From Octopus sinensis (taxonomy: Eukaryota): DNA of 64,000 nucleotides. Position numbers and translations under genes: made by a program. Of the stretch, positions 12,095-24,762 are shown in pieces; position 1 is the stretch's first letter, and the number at the start of each line of letters is the position of its first letter. The notes under the pieces were generated by a model. The model did not search any database, was not told the DNA's origin, and saw nothing but the letters and a program-made list of their open reading frames with translations. Location: NCBI RefSeq assembly GCF_006345805.1, contig NC_042999.1, positions 127,162,001 through 127,226,000 on the forward strand, given 5' to 3'.

Positions 12095-12609
12095 TATATC
12101 CCTTTACTTGCTGAACCAGTTCTCATAAGAAAATTGAATTAAATTTAGATTTCTAAAGAAAACAGATCTTCACCAAAAAGTCATCAAGTGTAAAACATAG
12201 AGAACCCTTATCTACCTCTAATCCCTTGTGCTTAAAAAAGGATCTCTGTAGTATTATAGATAAGTTGTAGAAGTTATTTTAAATGAAGCATCTTATATGA
12301 ATTCTCCTCAGCTGTACAAGATATAACCTGATACTATTTATTGATGCAGTTGTCTGTTTTTCACAATGATGAGCTTTACCTATGCCAATGTACCTATTTA
12401 TTACTATAAAAGTACTATAGAGTATATCTACAAGGTTTTTTTTCTTAACCCGCACAATGTGTTATTGACATGTATTTCCCATGTATGTACCATATATGCA
12501 CAGAAAGAAAAAGGGTGAATAGCCATCACCTGTATCAACTTGTATTGAAGTCTTCATCAATTGCTGTGTACCACTTTAACTATCCACAAACATACTTGAA
12601 TATATACCC

Positions 12610-13040
12610 ATCAATATTGATTTCAAATTTTGGCACAAGGCCAGCAATTTCAGAGGAGGGGCAAGTCAACTGGTACTTATTTATCAACCCATAAGGTTGA
12701 AAGGTAAAGTTGACCTTGGTTAAATTTGAATTTAGAACATAAAGACAAATGAAATGCCACTAAGCACTTTGTCTGGAATGATAACAATTCTGCCAGCTTG
12801 CCACCTTTGTATACCCATTAATACTGGTTTCAGATTTTGGCACAAGGTCAGCAACTTTAGGAGATGTTGGGTAAGTCGATTACATCGACCCCGGTGCTCA
12901 ACTGGTACTTATTTTATCAACCCTGAAAGGATGAAAGGCAAAGCCAACCCCAGTAGAATTTGAACTCAGAATGTAAAGATGGATGAAATGCTTCTAAGCA
13001 TTTTGCCCAGCATGCTGTTGATTCAGCCAGCTCACCACCC
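12610..13040 (-). mobile_element. Two tandem SINE group B copies (12610-12808, 12828-13040)
   Basis: Reverse complements of group B. ATACCCATTAATACTGG occurs at both 12811-12827 and 13046-13062. Confidence 0.8.
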
Positions 13041-13076
13041 TATACATACCCATTAATACTGGAGGTAAAAATTTAA

Positions 13077-13292
13077 GGCAGTGAGCTGGCAGAATCTTTA
13101 CCATGCTAGGCAAAATGCTTAGCTGCATTTCGTTTATCTTTATATTCTGAGTTCAAATTCTGCCAAGGTTGACTTTGCCTTTCATCCTTTGGGGTCAATA
13201 AAATAAGTACCAGTTGAGCACTGGAGTCGATACAATCTAGTTTCCCCTTCCCCTGAAGTTGCTGGCCTTGTGTCAAAAATCTGAAACCAATA
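13077..13292 (+). mobile_element. SINE group B
   Basis: GGCAGTGAGCTGGCAGAATC..GAGTTCAAATTC..GCCTTTCATCCTTTGGGGTCAATAAAATAAGTACCAG. Confidence 0.88.
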
Positions 13293-13677
13293 TTAGAAGT
13301 AAAAGTGTACTGTACTTAACAATTTCGTAGTAGTAAGATTGAACATTATCAAGTTACTACTTATAGGTTGTTTGGCCAACACTCTTAACACCAGTGATTT
13401 AATGTTTAATCTCTTCACTACAAAAGTGAAGTGCAAGTTGATCTATCCAGCTTATTTGAACCTATGATATTAATTGGTTTATATGCAATATGTCTGTGGG
13501 TAGTTAAAGTGATATGCAAGTATACAAATGCTGATAAAGACACCAAAAGGAATCAAAATGTTTACAGTTACTTATTCTTCCTTTTTCTGTCTGCACACAT
13601 TGTACAGAATAAATTGTATACAATTGTCATAACACAGAATGTTGGTTAAAAAACAAAACAATGGATATGTTTGATAG

Positions 13678-13896
13678 TATGAGTGGGTGCTGAAAAGTTG
13701 CTGGCATTAAGGGTATCGCAAAAGGTCTGGCTGGTGGCCCAACCTTCTAAGTTCTTTTACAGGGCTTAGGAAAACTGAAGGATCACTACAATAAGTGAGT
13801 GAATCTAAGAAGGGGAATAGGTTGGATAAAATCATAATTAACTGCTCCTCCTGTAATTTTTTTTACCCAAATCCAGGAACTTTTCAGTACCCCCTC

Positions 13897-13943
<47 letters not shown>

Positions 13944-14141
13944 TCCCTGGCTTTAAGGATATCGCAAAAGGCCTGAAGGATTCCCAACCTTCTGAGTTCT
14001 TTTACAGAGCTTAGAAAAACTGAAGGACTGCTGCAATAATTGTGTGGATCTGAGAGAGGAATATGTTAGATAAAATCATGATTAACTGATCCTCTTGTAT
14101 TTTCTTTTAACCAAAGTCAAGAATTTTTCAGCACTCCTTCT
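13678..14141 (+). mobile_element. Two adjacent mariner-derived MITEs (13678-13898, 13939-14141)
   Basis: TIR GAGTGGGTGCTGAAAAGTTGCTGG / CCAGGAACTTTTCAGTACCCCCTCGT. The interior matches a transposase C-terminus (FF.QGLEKLKD.CNKCV.LRGEYVE*). Confidence 0.8.
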
Positions 14142-14333
14142 TATATTATAACAATAATAACACTAAACATTGTTGACAGTGCAATAATTTAAGGTCTATT
14201 TATTATCTACATTTTAATGAACTGGGCTAATGATAACTAAGTGTCTTTGATATGGACATTACACTTAATCTATAACAAGTTTTGATGCTACCACTCGATC
14301 CTTTGATACTATTAAAGCAGTCCTTTCTATTGT

Positions 14334-14520
14334 AAGTGGTTCTCTATTCTAGTGTAAGTGGTTCTCTATTCTAGTGTAAGTGGTTCTCAACCAGGATCCA
14401 TATAAGATTTTATTGATAAAATTTATGTGAAATAAGTTGGTAATACTTCTACAATACACAAAATATTTAAAGAATTTTTTAATACAATTCCTAATAGTAT
14501 TTAATTATAAAAATAAAATG
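14334..14520 (+). mobile_element. hAT-like MITE 5' part preceded by a 22-bp tandem repeat
   Basis: TGTAAGTGGTTCTCTATTCTAG repeated about 2.5 times, running into GTGGTTCTCAACCAGG. Homologous to 32909-33014. Confidence 0.6.
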
Positions 14521-15477
14521 CAAATATTTAGCTTGTGAGTAATTTCTTCCCTTCCTCTTACTAGTCTTAGAAGATCTGCAAAACATCATGTATATTCCTG
14601 TAATGAAGCCATAAAATAAAACAGTACTAAGTTGTATGATATGAACCAACAACCAACTGTCTGGTAGTGCAATGCATCAGTAACTCAGCCATATGTTACT
14701 CATGCAAGTAATGATAAGTTGTGTGTGTCTAAGATATGAGTTAGTTTTATTGATACGCTTTCAAACAATTAAAAAAATTTGGTATTTTTATGAACAACAC
14801 ATCATAGGGAAATCACTTTTTTAAGGTCTCGAAACTATCTGTTATAATTCCTGTGTAAAGAATTAAAAGCTAATATCTGAGCCTCTTTTGATGTCAGATA
14901 TATTTCACAGAGAAACTTTTATACTTGAACACATACAGGTGTTAAAATTTCATAATAGCATACTTGTCTTTTTTTTTTCCTTTGCCTGTTACAAGCAAAC
15001 ATTTTTAGACTGTTCTGGTACAGGGAAGACACTAGATGTTCAGAGTAAGGCAGGGTGTTGGGAGTGAACCTGGGTACAGTAAGCATCTGTCTTTCTGTGC
15101 TGTTGTTGATCACTGGTGATCATTGTTAGTTAACCACCACCCTCCAAGCATTAATTCTATACTGATTTTTTGTTTCTTTTTCAGATATCTCTTACACAGA
15201 GCTGATTCAGTCAGCCATGCTTTCTTCTTCAGCTAGTTATGTAAACAGGATCTGCTTGGGCAGTCTTTCTGGTGATTTGGGATAACACATAAGACCTTTC
15301 TTTCTCAGAAATCTTACTTGCCCAAATATTTTCTTCCTTAGATTAATTCACCAAATTTATTGATAGATATTAATTACAAAGAACTGCAAAATCATTAATT
15401 ATTCTGCTTGCCCTAATTTATCTAATTAATATCTACATCACCTGTATTTCATGGTTGAGAAATTAGTTCTAAAATGA

Positions 15478-15654
15478 TACATACATACCTACCTACCTAC
15501 CTACCTACATACGTACATACATACATACATACATACATACATACATACATACATACATACATACATAAATACATACATACATACATACATACATACATAC
15601 ATACATACATACATACATACATACATACATACATACATACATTCATACATACAT
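15478..15654. repeat. (TACA)n microsatellite
   Basis: Direct reading of the sequence. Confidence 0.95.
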
Positions 15655-15894
15655 ATATGGTGAGTCAAAAGTAATGGCCAATTCCTGTTTTAGGGTTAAT
15701 ATGTATGACTTCCCAATTGGGAGATACTTTTGATTCCTAATTCTTGTTTTATGGGTTGGGATATTAAAGAGTATCAATAAAATGATGCATGATTAAGACC
15801 TAGTAACTTTCGAAATTATCAGTAATAACTTGCAAAACAACAAGAAAAGGAATGATTTCTCAGAAACTGTGCACTACTTTTGAGTCACCCTGTA
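15655..15894. mobile_element. Tc1/mariner-type MITE
   Basis: Imperfect TIR ATATGGTGAGTCAAAAGTAATG / CACTACTTTTGAGTCACCCTGTAT with TA flanks. Confidence 0.7.
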
Positions 15895-16169
15895 TATAAA
15901 GATTAAGGTAAATATGAAAAGGCAAATCATTTGGATTCACTTGAAAAGACATTTAATCTAGATAGAGAATGTATATATACAGAGTCTCTTACAGCCCTTT
16001 CTAGAATAGTCAAGCATGTGGATCATCATATTGAGTAAGGATTCCATAGGCTGAGTATTCCATCATATATGTGTGTGTATGTATGTATGTATATATATAG
16101 TGATGAAAACCTTTAGTGATATGCTGTATTTGAGAAGGCTTGTCAAGCCAAATGAAATCATAGTTGAGG

Positions 16170-16606
16170 CCATTGTCAGTGTCACATAACTGGCACCCAT
16201 GCTGGTAGCCGTAAAAAGCACCTTTTGAGCATTGGACCTCATGGAGGCAATCTGGCCGATGCCAGTGTCATGGAACTAGCACCCGTGCCGGTGGCACATA
16301 AAATGCACCTTTCGAGCATTGGGACTCATGGAGACAAAGACAAATAATTGAGACTTTTGGCAATATGTTGTGCTTGAAAAGGAAGCTAAGTAAAACCATA
16401 GTTGTGGCAGATACTGGTGTCATGCAACTGGCACCCATGCCAGTGGCACATAAAAGCATTCATTACACTCTCAGAGTGGTTGGTGTTAGGAAGGGCATCT
16501 GAGCATAGAAACCATGCCAAACCAGACTGGAGTCTGGTGCAGCCCCTCAGTTTACCAGCTGTTGTCAGGCTGTCCAACCCATGCCAGCATGGACGACACA
16601 CATTAA

Positions 16607-16636
<30 letters not shown>
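16170..16636 (+). mobile_element. RTE LINE 3'UTR fragment with (GAT)n tail
   Basis: AGTGGTTGGTGTTAGGAAGGGCATC..CCAACCCATGCCAGCATGG. Confidence 0.8.
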
Positions 16637-16679
<43 letters not shown>

Positions 16680-16999
16680 ATATGTCTTTGTGTTTGTCGC
16701 ACACCACTATTTGAGTTGATTTGTTTACATCCTTATAACTTAGCAGTTTGGCAAAAGGAACTGATAAGTACAAAGGTGCCCCAACATGGACACTGTCCAA
16801 AGATTGAAGCAAGTAACAGCTAAAAGATAACATGCTTTTTTCCCACTAATAGACTTATGGGCTACAGATAAGCTGTCTCCTATCAGAAATACTAAAGAGA
16901 AAACAAACTAAAAGTGAAAATTGTTACATTGTTCTGTTTGTACATTGATTTGTCTATGTTAAATCAAGTCAAAAGGAGTTCATCACTTCACTGCTGCCA

Positions 17000-17420
17000 A
17001 AGCAGTGAACTAGCAGAATCATTACAGTATCAGTAAAAAATTCTTTGCAGTATTAGTTCTAAGTTCAAATCCTACCTGGGTCAACTTTGCCTTTCATATC
17101 TCTGGGGGTTGATAAAATAAAGTAAGGCGGCAAGTTGGCAGAAACGTTAGCATGCCGAGTGAAATGCTTAGCGGTATTTCGTCTGCCACTACGTCCTGAG
17201 TTCAAATTCCGCCAAGGTCAACTTTGCCTTTCATCCTTTCGGGGTCGATTAAATAAGTACCAGTTACGCACTGGGGTCTTGATCTATTTGTCTGTCCTTG
17301 TTTGTCCCCTCTGTGTGTAGCCCCTTCTGGGTAGTAAAGAAATAGGTTGATAAAATAAAGTATTAGTCAAGTACAAGAGTCAACGGTATCAACTAGAACC
17401 CTGCCCTTAATATTGCTGGT
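17000..17420 (+). mobile_element. Younger SINE group B (17125-17344) nested in an older SINE B
   Basis: 18-bp TSD GGTTGATAAAATAAAGTA at 17107-17124 and 17345-17362. Confidence 0.88.
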
Positions 17421-17944
17421 GCTGCACCTAAATTAGAATCCATTATTTCACTGTTACATGTTTAAAATTTTCCATACAATTTTAAATATATCCAACACAA
17501 AGATGTAATAAAATCTCAAATTTCAACTCTTGGAAATTACTTTCTACTGTATAACTGATGAGATATAATTCTATGTGGCATTTTCCATAGTTTCACACAT
17601 CAGGGGTGTTTGCTCATTCTATGTATGATGATGATGCTGACAACAACAATGCTCCTACAACCTACAGTGCCCATGTCCACCAGAGTTACCAAAGACAGTG
17701 ATGGTGGTGTCTATGGTATCAATTATTATGATTATGATGATGTGTTACATGTAGATTTATCATCCCTTAATACTAAATTTTAGTCAGTTACTTACCTTGA
17801 AAAGTGCTTTTTTCACTTTTAGATCTTGTTAATAAAAACAGCATCCGGGACAGTTTGAGACTCCAGAGGGACAGTCTACAAACCAACTTGTTTACAGATA
17901 TGTCCATGCACTCATCATTCTCATCCTTAACTGCCAGTAAAGAG

Positions 17945-19288
17945 TATCAGGTTATACAGAAAGTTCTCTTTGATAGATAGTATGAACGAGTTGAAACCTG
18001 TTTTTGTAAAAGTTATAAATATTGGAGGGAAATTCACTTTAAAGCATAACCATTTCATAAAGAGTTATCATAGAGCAACAACAACATTTTAATACCTTTT
18101 ACCTTTTATTTGTTTCAGTCATTAGACCTGACCATGTTGGCGCACTGCTGTGAAGAATTTTTTCAGTCAAATGAATTGCATGAAGAATCCATCATGGGAC
18201 AAAGCCTTACAAGTTTTTGAAGGTTCTAATGAAAGCAAAGCAGCTAAAAATGTTCCAAATGTTTTAGAGTTCAAAATAGAGTGAATGAAAGAATTTGCAG
18301 AAGATGGTTTGTAAAAAAATAGAGTCATTGCGATTTCAATTTGCCTGATCAGTCTAGATCATTCCAAATTTGATATTGAAATGTTAGGAGCAGCACTTGA
18401 AATGAATCCTGCAGTGACAGTGAAAGAGCTTTCCACTAAATTTAATGTGAGCATTATGATCATTCATATTCATTTGAAGAAACTAAGAAAATATTCAAAA
18501 GAAATGGGTTCCTGGGATTTTTCATCAGCAAATTGTCAACAAAGCCTTGAATAACGTGTGTTGATTCATACACATAACTAACAAACACCATTTTTAAACA
18601 AGATTGTGCCTGGAGATGAAATAGATTCATTACTGCAATATTGAGTCAGTAAAACGTTTGACTCTTCATTACTGCAATATTAAGCACTGCAGGCAGCGAC
18701 TAAGCTCAAATCAAAAACCTGTGCCACGGCCAACAGGACTCTTCACCCAAAAGAAACTTTAATAAATGTTTTGTAGGATCTGGAAGGAATTATTCAAAAT
18801 GAACTTTTAGGGCTGAATCAAGCTATCACTTCTGAAGTCTGCTGTCAGCAAATTCATCAGTTGAAGACTCCTTTGGATGCGAAAAAAACCTGCTTTAATA
18901 TACAGCAGAGAGATTATCTTTCATCAAGATAATTCTCAACCTCACAACTCACAAGTCAATAAAAATGTTCTGGAATTTTTCAAATGTGAAAAAATACTAC
19001 ACCCTCTATATTCTCTAGACTTTGCTCTATCAGACTTCCACTTGTTTAGATCTTTGCAAAACCATTGAAATGGTTAGTTGGGAAGACATAAAATGAATTA
19101 AATATATATATATTAATTTAAAAACCAGGAATGATTTGAATCAGATATTCAAAGACTTATGAATAGATGGAGAGAAGTGATAGAAAATGAATGAAATTAT
19201 ATAGGATTAAATTTTCAGTATTAAATATCATGTTTGTACTTTTAAATAAACACTAAAAATTGGACAGGACTTTCAATGCAACCTGATA
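17945..19288 (+). mobile_element. Near full-length degenerate mariner element
   Basis: TIRs TATCAGGTTATACAGAAAGTTC / GACTTTCAATGCAACCTGATA. ORF 18877-19068 has FHQDNSQPH and HPLYSLDFALSDFHLFRSLQNH. A SINE A fragment lies at about 18095-18175. Confidence 0.85.
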
Positions 19289-19816
19289 TCTAATATCTAA
19301 TATCTTTTATCAACACTATAGATGGTATGTACTGTCTGTACATATCCTAGTGGTTTGCAACATATTAGTTAGTAGGTCTAAAAATCTTAATTTTAGGTCA
19401 CAAACTAGCATCTTATGCACCCAGTTAGTTGGTTACAATGAGTAATATCTCTTTCCCTTGGTTGCCATGCTTGCATTTCAGTAACTAATCCTTGTATCGG
19501 GAAAGGTTCTAAAGTAAACATGTGTTCTGAACATTTGCTCTGCTCTCATTATTTGCCCTGGTGCTTCACATCATATAATAAATGGGTCTGCATTATAAAA
19601 GGAGTCTGTGTAATTGAGGTGGCTATAACAGTAGAATGTTGGGCTTAATGTTAAGCCATAGGATTTTACTTTTCATTCTTCTCAATTTCATTAAAATAAA
19701 TATAAGTAAAATACTGAACCTTTTCTAATCGACTCTATTCCTTTCCTGCATTTAATTATAACCCCTTTCATGGGTCCATAATTAAAATGTATTTGAATGT
19801 AGTGGGTGTGTATATA

Positions 19817-19850
<34 letters not shown>

Positions 19851-19852
19851 GT

Positions 19853-20125
19853 CACAGGAGTGGCTGTATGGTAAGTAGCTTGCTTACCAACCACATAGTT
19901 CCAGGTTCAGTTGCACTGCGTGGCACCTTGGGCAAGTGTCTTCTACTATAGTAAACACACCGATACTGGTGTGTTTACGTCCCCGTAACTTAGTGGTTTG
20001 GCAAAAGAGACCAATAGAATAATTACTAGGCTTACAAACAATAAGTCCTGGGGTCGATTTGCTCGACTAAAGGCGGTGCTCCAGCATGGCCGCAGTCAAA
20101 TGACTGAAACAAGTAAAAGAGTAAA
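19853..20125 (+). mobile_element. SINE group A with internal deletion
   Basis: Head and tail are present but the central microsatellite region is missing. Confidence 0.85.
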
Positions 20126-20134
20126 ATACATATA

Positions 20135-20345
20135 TCGTCATCATCCTATTCATCATTTAACATCTGCTGTCCATGCTGGCATGGATTGGATGGGTTGACC
20201 ATAGCTGGGAAGCTGGGGAGCTGCACCAGACTCAAGTCTGATTTGACATGGTTTTTATGGCTGGGTGCTCTTCCTAATGACAACCACTTTACAGAGTGTG
20301 GTGGGTGTTTTTATGTGGCACTGCCATGAGTGCTTTACACCACTA
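20135..20345 (-). mobile_element. RTE LINE 3'UTR fragment
   Basis: CATTTAACATCTGCTGTCCATGCTGGCATGG..CTTCCTAATGACAACCAC. Confidence 0.75.
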
Positions 20346-20494
20346 AAGGGACTGGTCTTAACACTTCTGCTGCAAATACAGTAAGGTGCCAGGAATCTCT
20401 GTCCTTTGTCATCTCACCTGAAAGGTTATCATCCTGAGCTCGTTTGTCAGTACTTCATCCCATGTTTTATATATATATACATACATATATATAA

Positions 20495-20890
20495 GGCACA
20501 GGAGTGGCTGTGTGGTAAGAAGCTTGCTTCCCAACCATATGATTCTGGGTTCAGTCCCACTATGTGGCACCTTGGGCAAGTGTCTTCTACTATAACTTCA
20601 CTCCGACCAAAGCCTTGTGAGTGGATTTGGAAACTGAAAGAAGCCCGTCGTATATATAAAGATTTATGTATGTATTTGTGTGTCTGTGTTTGTCCCCCAC
20701 CACACCCCATCATTGCTTGACAACCGATGTTGGTATGTTTGTGTCCCCGTAATTTAGCAGTTCAGCAAAATAAACTTATAGAATAAGTACTAGGCTTAAG
20801 GCTTACAAAGAATAAGTCCTGGGGTTGATTTGTTCGACTAAAGGTGGTGCTCCAGCATGGTCGCAGTCAAAATGACTGAAATAAGAAGAA
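20495..20890 (+). mobile_element. SINE group A, full length
   Basis: A and B boxes, central (TA/TG) tract, tail GGTGGTGCTCCAGCATGGTCGCAGTC..GACTGAAA. Confidence 0.92.
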
Positions 20891-21062
20891 AAATAGATGA
20901 ATATATATATATGAGGAACCCATAGTATGAAATCATATGATCTGGCAGTTCTGGTGACCGTAGCTGATGATTCTTGTCTGTCGATAATGCACCACAAGTC
21001 CTTATGAGAAATCCTCTCAAGCTAAATAACACAGTATTCTGTGTTCTAACACAAAAGCCACA

Positions 21063-21500
21063 CAAGGCCAGATAAAGATCCATAGAGGCCTTAAGCACTT
21101 CAATGATTTTGGTACCCCCATATATATATATGTGTGTAATTCAAAATATAAAAAATAATAAACCTTAAAAAATATTTTTATTTTTCAATATGAAACAAAA
21201 CTAACAATAAGATGGAAAATAATGTTTATTTTTGCGTCCTGCCACGTTATTTATACATGAAAAGTTTTCTCCTGTTTTTTTTTCTTTTTAATGGTGAAGT
21301 CTTTAATCAGATTCTCACTATCACATCTTGAATACTCAGAAATTGCATTCCAATCACATAAATCACTTTGATGTTTTATTTTAGCTAGTTTAAACTAATT
21401 TCTTTTATACCATAAACCATTTACCATTTCTGTGGTGCTCTCCACCTCCCTTGATGCCCTAAGTATGTGCTTATTTTGCTTAATGATTAATATAGTGCTG
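21063..21500. mobile_element. Degenerate hAT-like MITE
   Basis: Eroded termini CAAGGCCAGATAAAG / TTAATATAGTGCTG with subterminal CCCTAAG motifs. Family assigned from memory. Confidence 0.4.
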
Positions 21501-21559
21501 CCTTCGTGTTGAGTTGGAGGCCAAGATTACTTTTTGATATTAATATTGCTTCTGTTGTG

Positions 21560-21780
21560 AAGGCAACGAGCTGGCAGAAACTTTAGCACACCAGTCAAAA
21601 GGTTTAGCAGTATTTTGTCTGTCTTTACGTTCTGAGTTCAAATTCCACCTAGGTTGACTTTGCTTTTCATCTTTACGGAGTCAATAAATTAAGTACCAGT
21701 TGTGCACTGGAGTTGATCTAATTGACTGGCCCCCATCCCCAAAAGTTTCGGACCTTGAGCCTAGAGAAGCAAAGATATTG
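21560..21780 (+). mobile_element. SINE group B
   Basis: GGCAACGAGCTGGCAGAAAC..GAGTTCAAATTCC..AAGTACCAGTTG. Confidence 0.85.
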
Positions 21781-21799
21781 CTTCTGTTGCCAATAGCAT

Positions 21800-22023
21800 G
21801 TAGGAACACCTGTGCTGGTGGCACATAAAAAGCATCCATTACACTCTTGGAGTGGTTGGCATTAAGAAGGGCATCTAGCCATAGAAACCATGCCAAATCA
21901 GACTGGAACCTAGTGCAGCTCTCTGGCTTACCAGTTCCAGCCAAACCATCTAATCCATGCCAGAAGGGAAATTGGATGTTAAATAATGATGATGAGGACG
22001 ATGATGATGATGATGATGATGTG

Positions 22024-22054
<31 letters not shown>

Positions 22055-22375
22055 TGTGTGCGTGTGTGTGTGTGTATGTATTTGTTTTACAAGATTCCTG
22101 ATATGAAACTGAGTGTGGAAACAGATATTGTAATATCTGGGGATGGCCATTATCCTCCTCCTCCTCCTCCTCCTCCTTTATCTTCTTCTTCTTCTTCTTC
22201 TTCTTCTCGGAGTGGTTGGCATTAGGAAGGGCATCCAGCTGTGGAAACTCTGCCAGATCAGATTGGTGTCGGGTGCAGCCATCTGGTTCGCCAGTCCCCA
22301 GTTAAATCGTCCAACCCATGCCAGCATGGAAAGCGGACGTTAAACGATGATGATGATGATGATGATGATGATGAC
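21800..22375 (+). mobile_element. Two RTE LINE 3' end fragments (21800-22020, 22208-22375)
   Basis: Both end in CCAACCCATGCCAGCATGGAAAGCGGACGTTAAAC-(GAT)n or a degenerate version of it. Confidence 0.85.
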
Positions 22376-24269
22376 ATGCAATGAAATTGTTATATATTCA
22401 AACTCAGGGAGCTGAACTGCCAAATCTTCTAGAAAAACTAATTAATACAGTAACTAGATTTGAATCACATAAAGTACAATGTACAACTAAGAAAATTTAC
22501 TGTCTTTTTTGTTTTGTTTTGTTTTTCTTTAAAGAGCAGCTTTCAGTCATGTGATAAATAGATTATTAATATTTCAAGGCAGAGATTACACAGCAGTAAA
22601 GCTATGAACTTAAAGCCCTGACTCAGACACTAACTGACAGGGCTTTTGTCTCTTCATTTACACCTTGCTGACCTAGTAACCAAGAATTGCTTTGAATAAA
22701 ATCTCTATTGAACTATGGTCTAATAACTGACTATTGTTTTAGAACATTTGTAATCCAATATCTAGCATTTCTCTCAAATGTATTTGTAAACTAGTTAAAA
22801 TGGTAGTGACTTTGATTTTAAACATTCATTTAGCATAAGCTCATTAATGAGTGCAAAAGTTACATTCAAAATAATGCTGCATTAAGTTGACTTTAATAAG
22901 TACTCCACTAAGTATATTTTCAGTAAACTGCCATGGTGTTGAGTACTTTTGAAATCATTCCAGCTTTCATGGGAGAAAGGCAGTAGTGGAAGGGATCAAA
23001 ATACTAAAAGAAAAAGAAAAGATAAGAAAATTTTAAAAAAAGACTGATGTAAAATTAAGTGAATTGAGAGCATGATGAGTTTATCATAGCTTCATAGACA
23101 GAATAAGATGAATTCTGTGTTGAAATATTTGTACCTTAGATACAGAGGCATAGCCATGTTCTAAAGTTAGTGGGAACAAGCATATAAGAACAAGGCACTA
23201 CAACACATGCCAAATAATTTTAAACCTATTTCTCTTATATTACATGAAATATTTTATTAGTTATAATATACATAATTGTATTCTACATTTATTAATTTCA
23301 TGTTTCATTAACAAGGTCATTAAAAAAAAATTTGTGGAAAAGGTGCCAATTTTGAAAAATGTGCTGGGGTGGGGCGGAGGTGGGGGCAGTTGCTCCTCTT
23401 TCTCTCCTATTAGTTATACCACTGCTTACGTGACTAGTCTTGCATGTAGTTAGATTTGAAGTAAAATACACTTTCACTGAAGTCAAAATATGTTCAACTT
23501 GAAGTTCATTAAATTTCTAATTCCTATAACTAATGATATCTGCATCTAAAGTTTCCTTTGATAAGTGCAAACATATCAAATTACTTTCTTTTCCTCAGTT
23601 TCCATCTTTGATTAATTTGAGTGTGATAATGGTTTTGAAAATGTACCAGACATCTTTATGTAACCCCTAATTTAATTTTACATGCAACATCTCCTAAATG
23701 GGATATATACTCCATCTCTTCATCATTCAATATATTTTCGGCTGTATAATAACACTGATTGCTTCTTACTTTTTTGGTTTATTACTAAGCATTGTCAGTT
23801 CAAACTGGGTTTGTTTTATTATTTTTATAATTATTTTAATGTTGAGGGTAAACTGGTTGAGTCAGTAAAATGTTTGACTTTTCACACATAATTTGTAAGT
23901 TCATGTCTCTTTCTCAGCAGAATGCTTCATTTTACATGCTTCCATTTATTTAATGGTCAATAAAAAAAACTTAACAGACTTTTTGGGAAAGTTACCTGCA
24001 AAAGACTAGCATTCTGTTCATGCATGGACCTTCATCATTCCCAAAAAAGATCAGCTTTAAAACTCTGCTGTGTGTGTGTGTGTGTGTGTGATGTAAGGAT
24101 GGAGAGTCAAAGCAAAACAGGGAAGATTACGGGGCTCACAAAGCCAACCCCAAGCTTTTACTGGTGAAAATGTTAAAATATTATTATTTTTTATTATGGT
24201 TGAAAATGATGTAAGTGTATAAATTATTGACAGGCAGTTTTTTCCCCCCAACTTAGACCTTCTTTTTCA

Positions 24270-24740
24270 AACTGAAAACTTAATTCTGTAGAGTGAGCTA
24301 CTTTACAGGTCTGAAACTTGGACTCTGACAAAAACATTGCAGGAACGACAAAGTGGATGCTACACCTGCTTACTTTGACATGCACTGAACATCGAATGGC
24401 AACTACAAATGACTAAAAAAGACCTCTATATGGACCTTCCCCTCATATCAGAGCTGACAAGAACCACAAGACTCCATTTTGTTGGGCACTACTATGGGTT
24501 AGTGCCAGGAGACTTCATTTGGTTGGATGGTGCTACCAGCCTAAGAATGAATACATCACAGATGGTTACTCTGGGAACCAACGCATGGCTATAGAGGCAG
24601 GAAATGATTGGCTACAACATATGTTGAGGAACTAGGGATCAACAGTAGCTTATCAATTCCCAAGATGAAGTTGGCAATGAAGGATAGGAACTACTGGAGG
24701 AAAATCTGTGCAGATCAAGGAAACTTGATCTAAGGAAGAG
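24270..24740 (+). pseudogene. Old RTE-type LINE fragment (RT thumb region)
   Basis: Conceptual translation across frameshifts reads VE..LL..SETWTLTKTLQER.SGCYTCLL.HALNIEWQ..MTKKDLYMDLPLISE..RTTRLHFVGH. Confidence 0.7.
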
Positions 24741-24762
24741 CACAGCATTAATATATCCGTGT

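Noticed and set aside
13431-13649. 72-aa hydrophobic ORF
   Set aside because: No recognisable domain or splice support; ORFs like this are expected by chance in AT-rich DNA.
15011-15031. GTGKT as a Walker A motif
   Set aside because: There is no upstream G-x4 and no beta-strand context, and the exon itself is unconfirmed.
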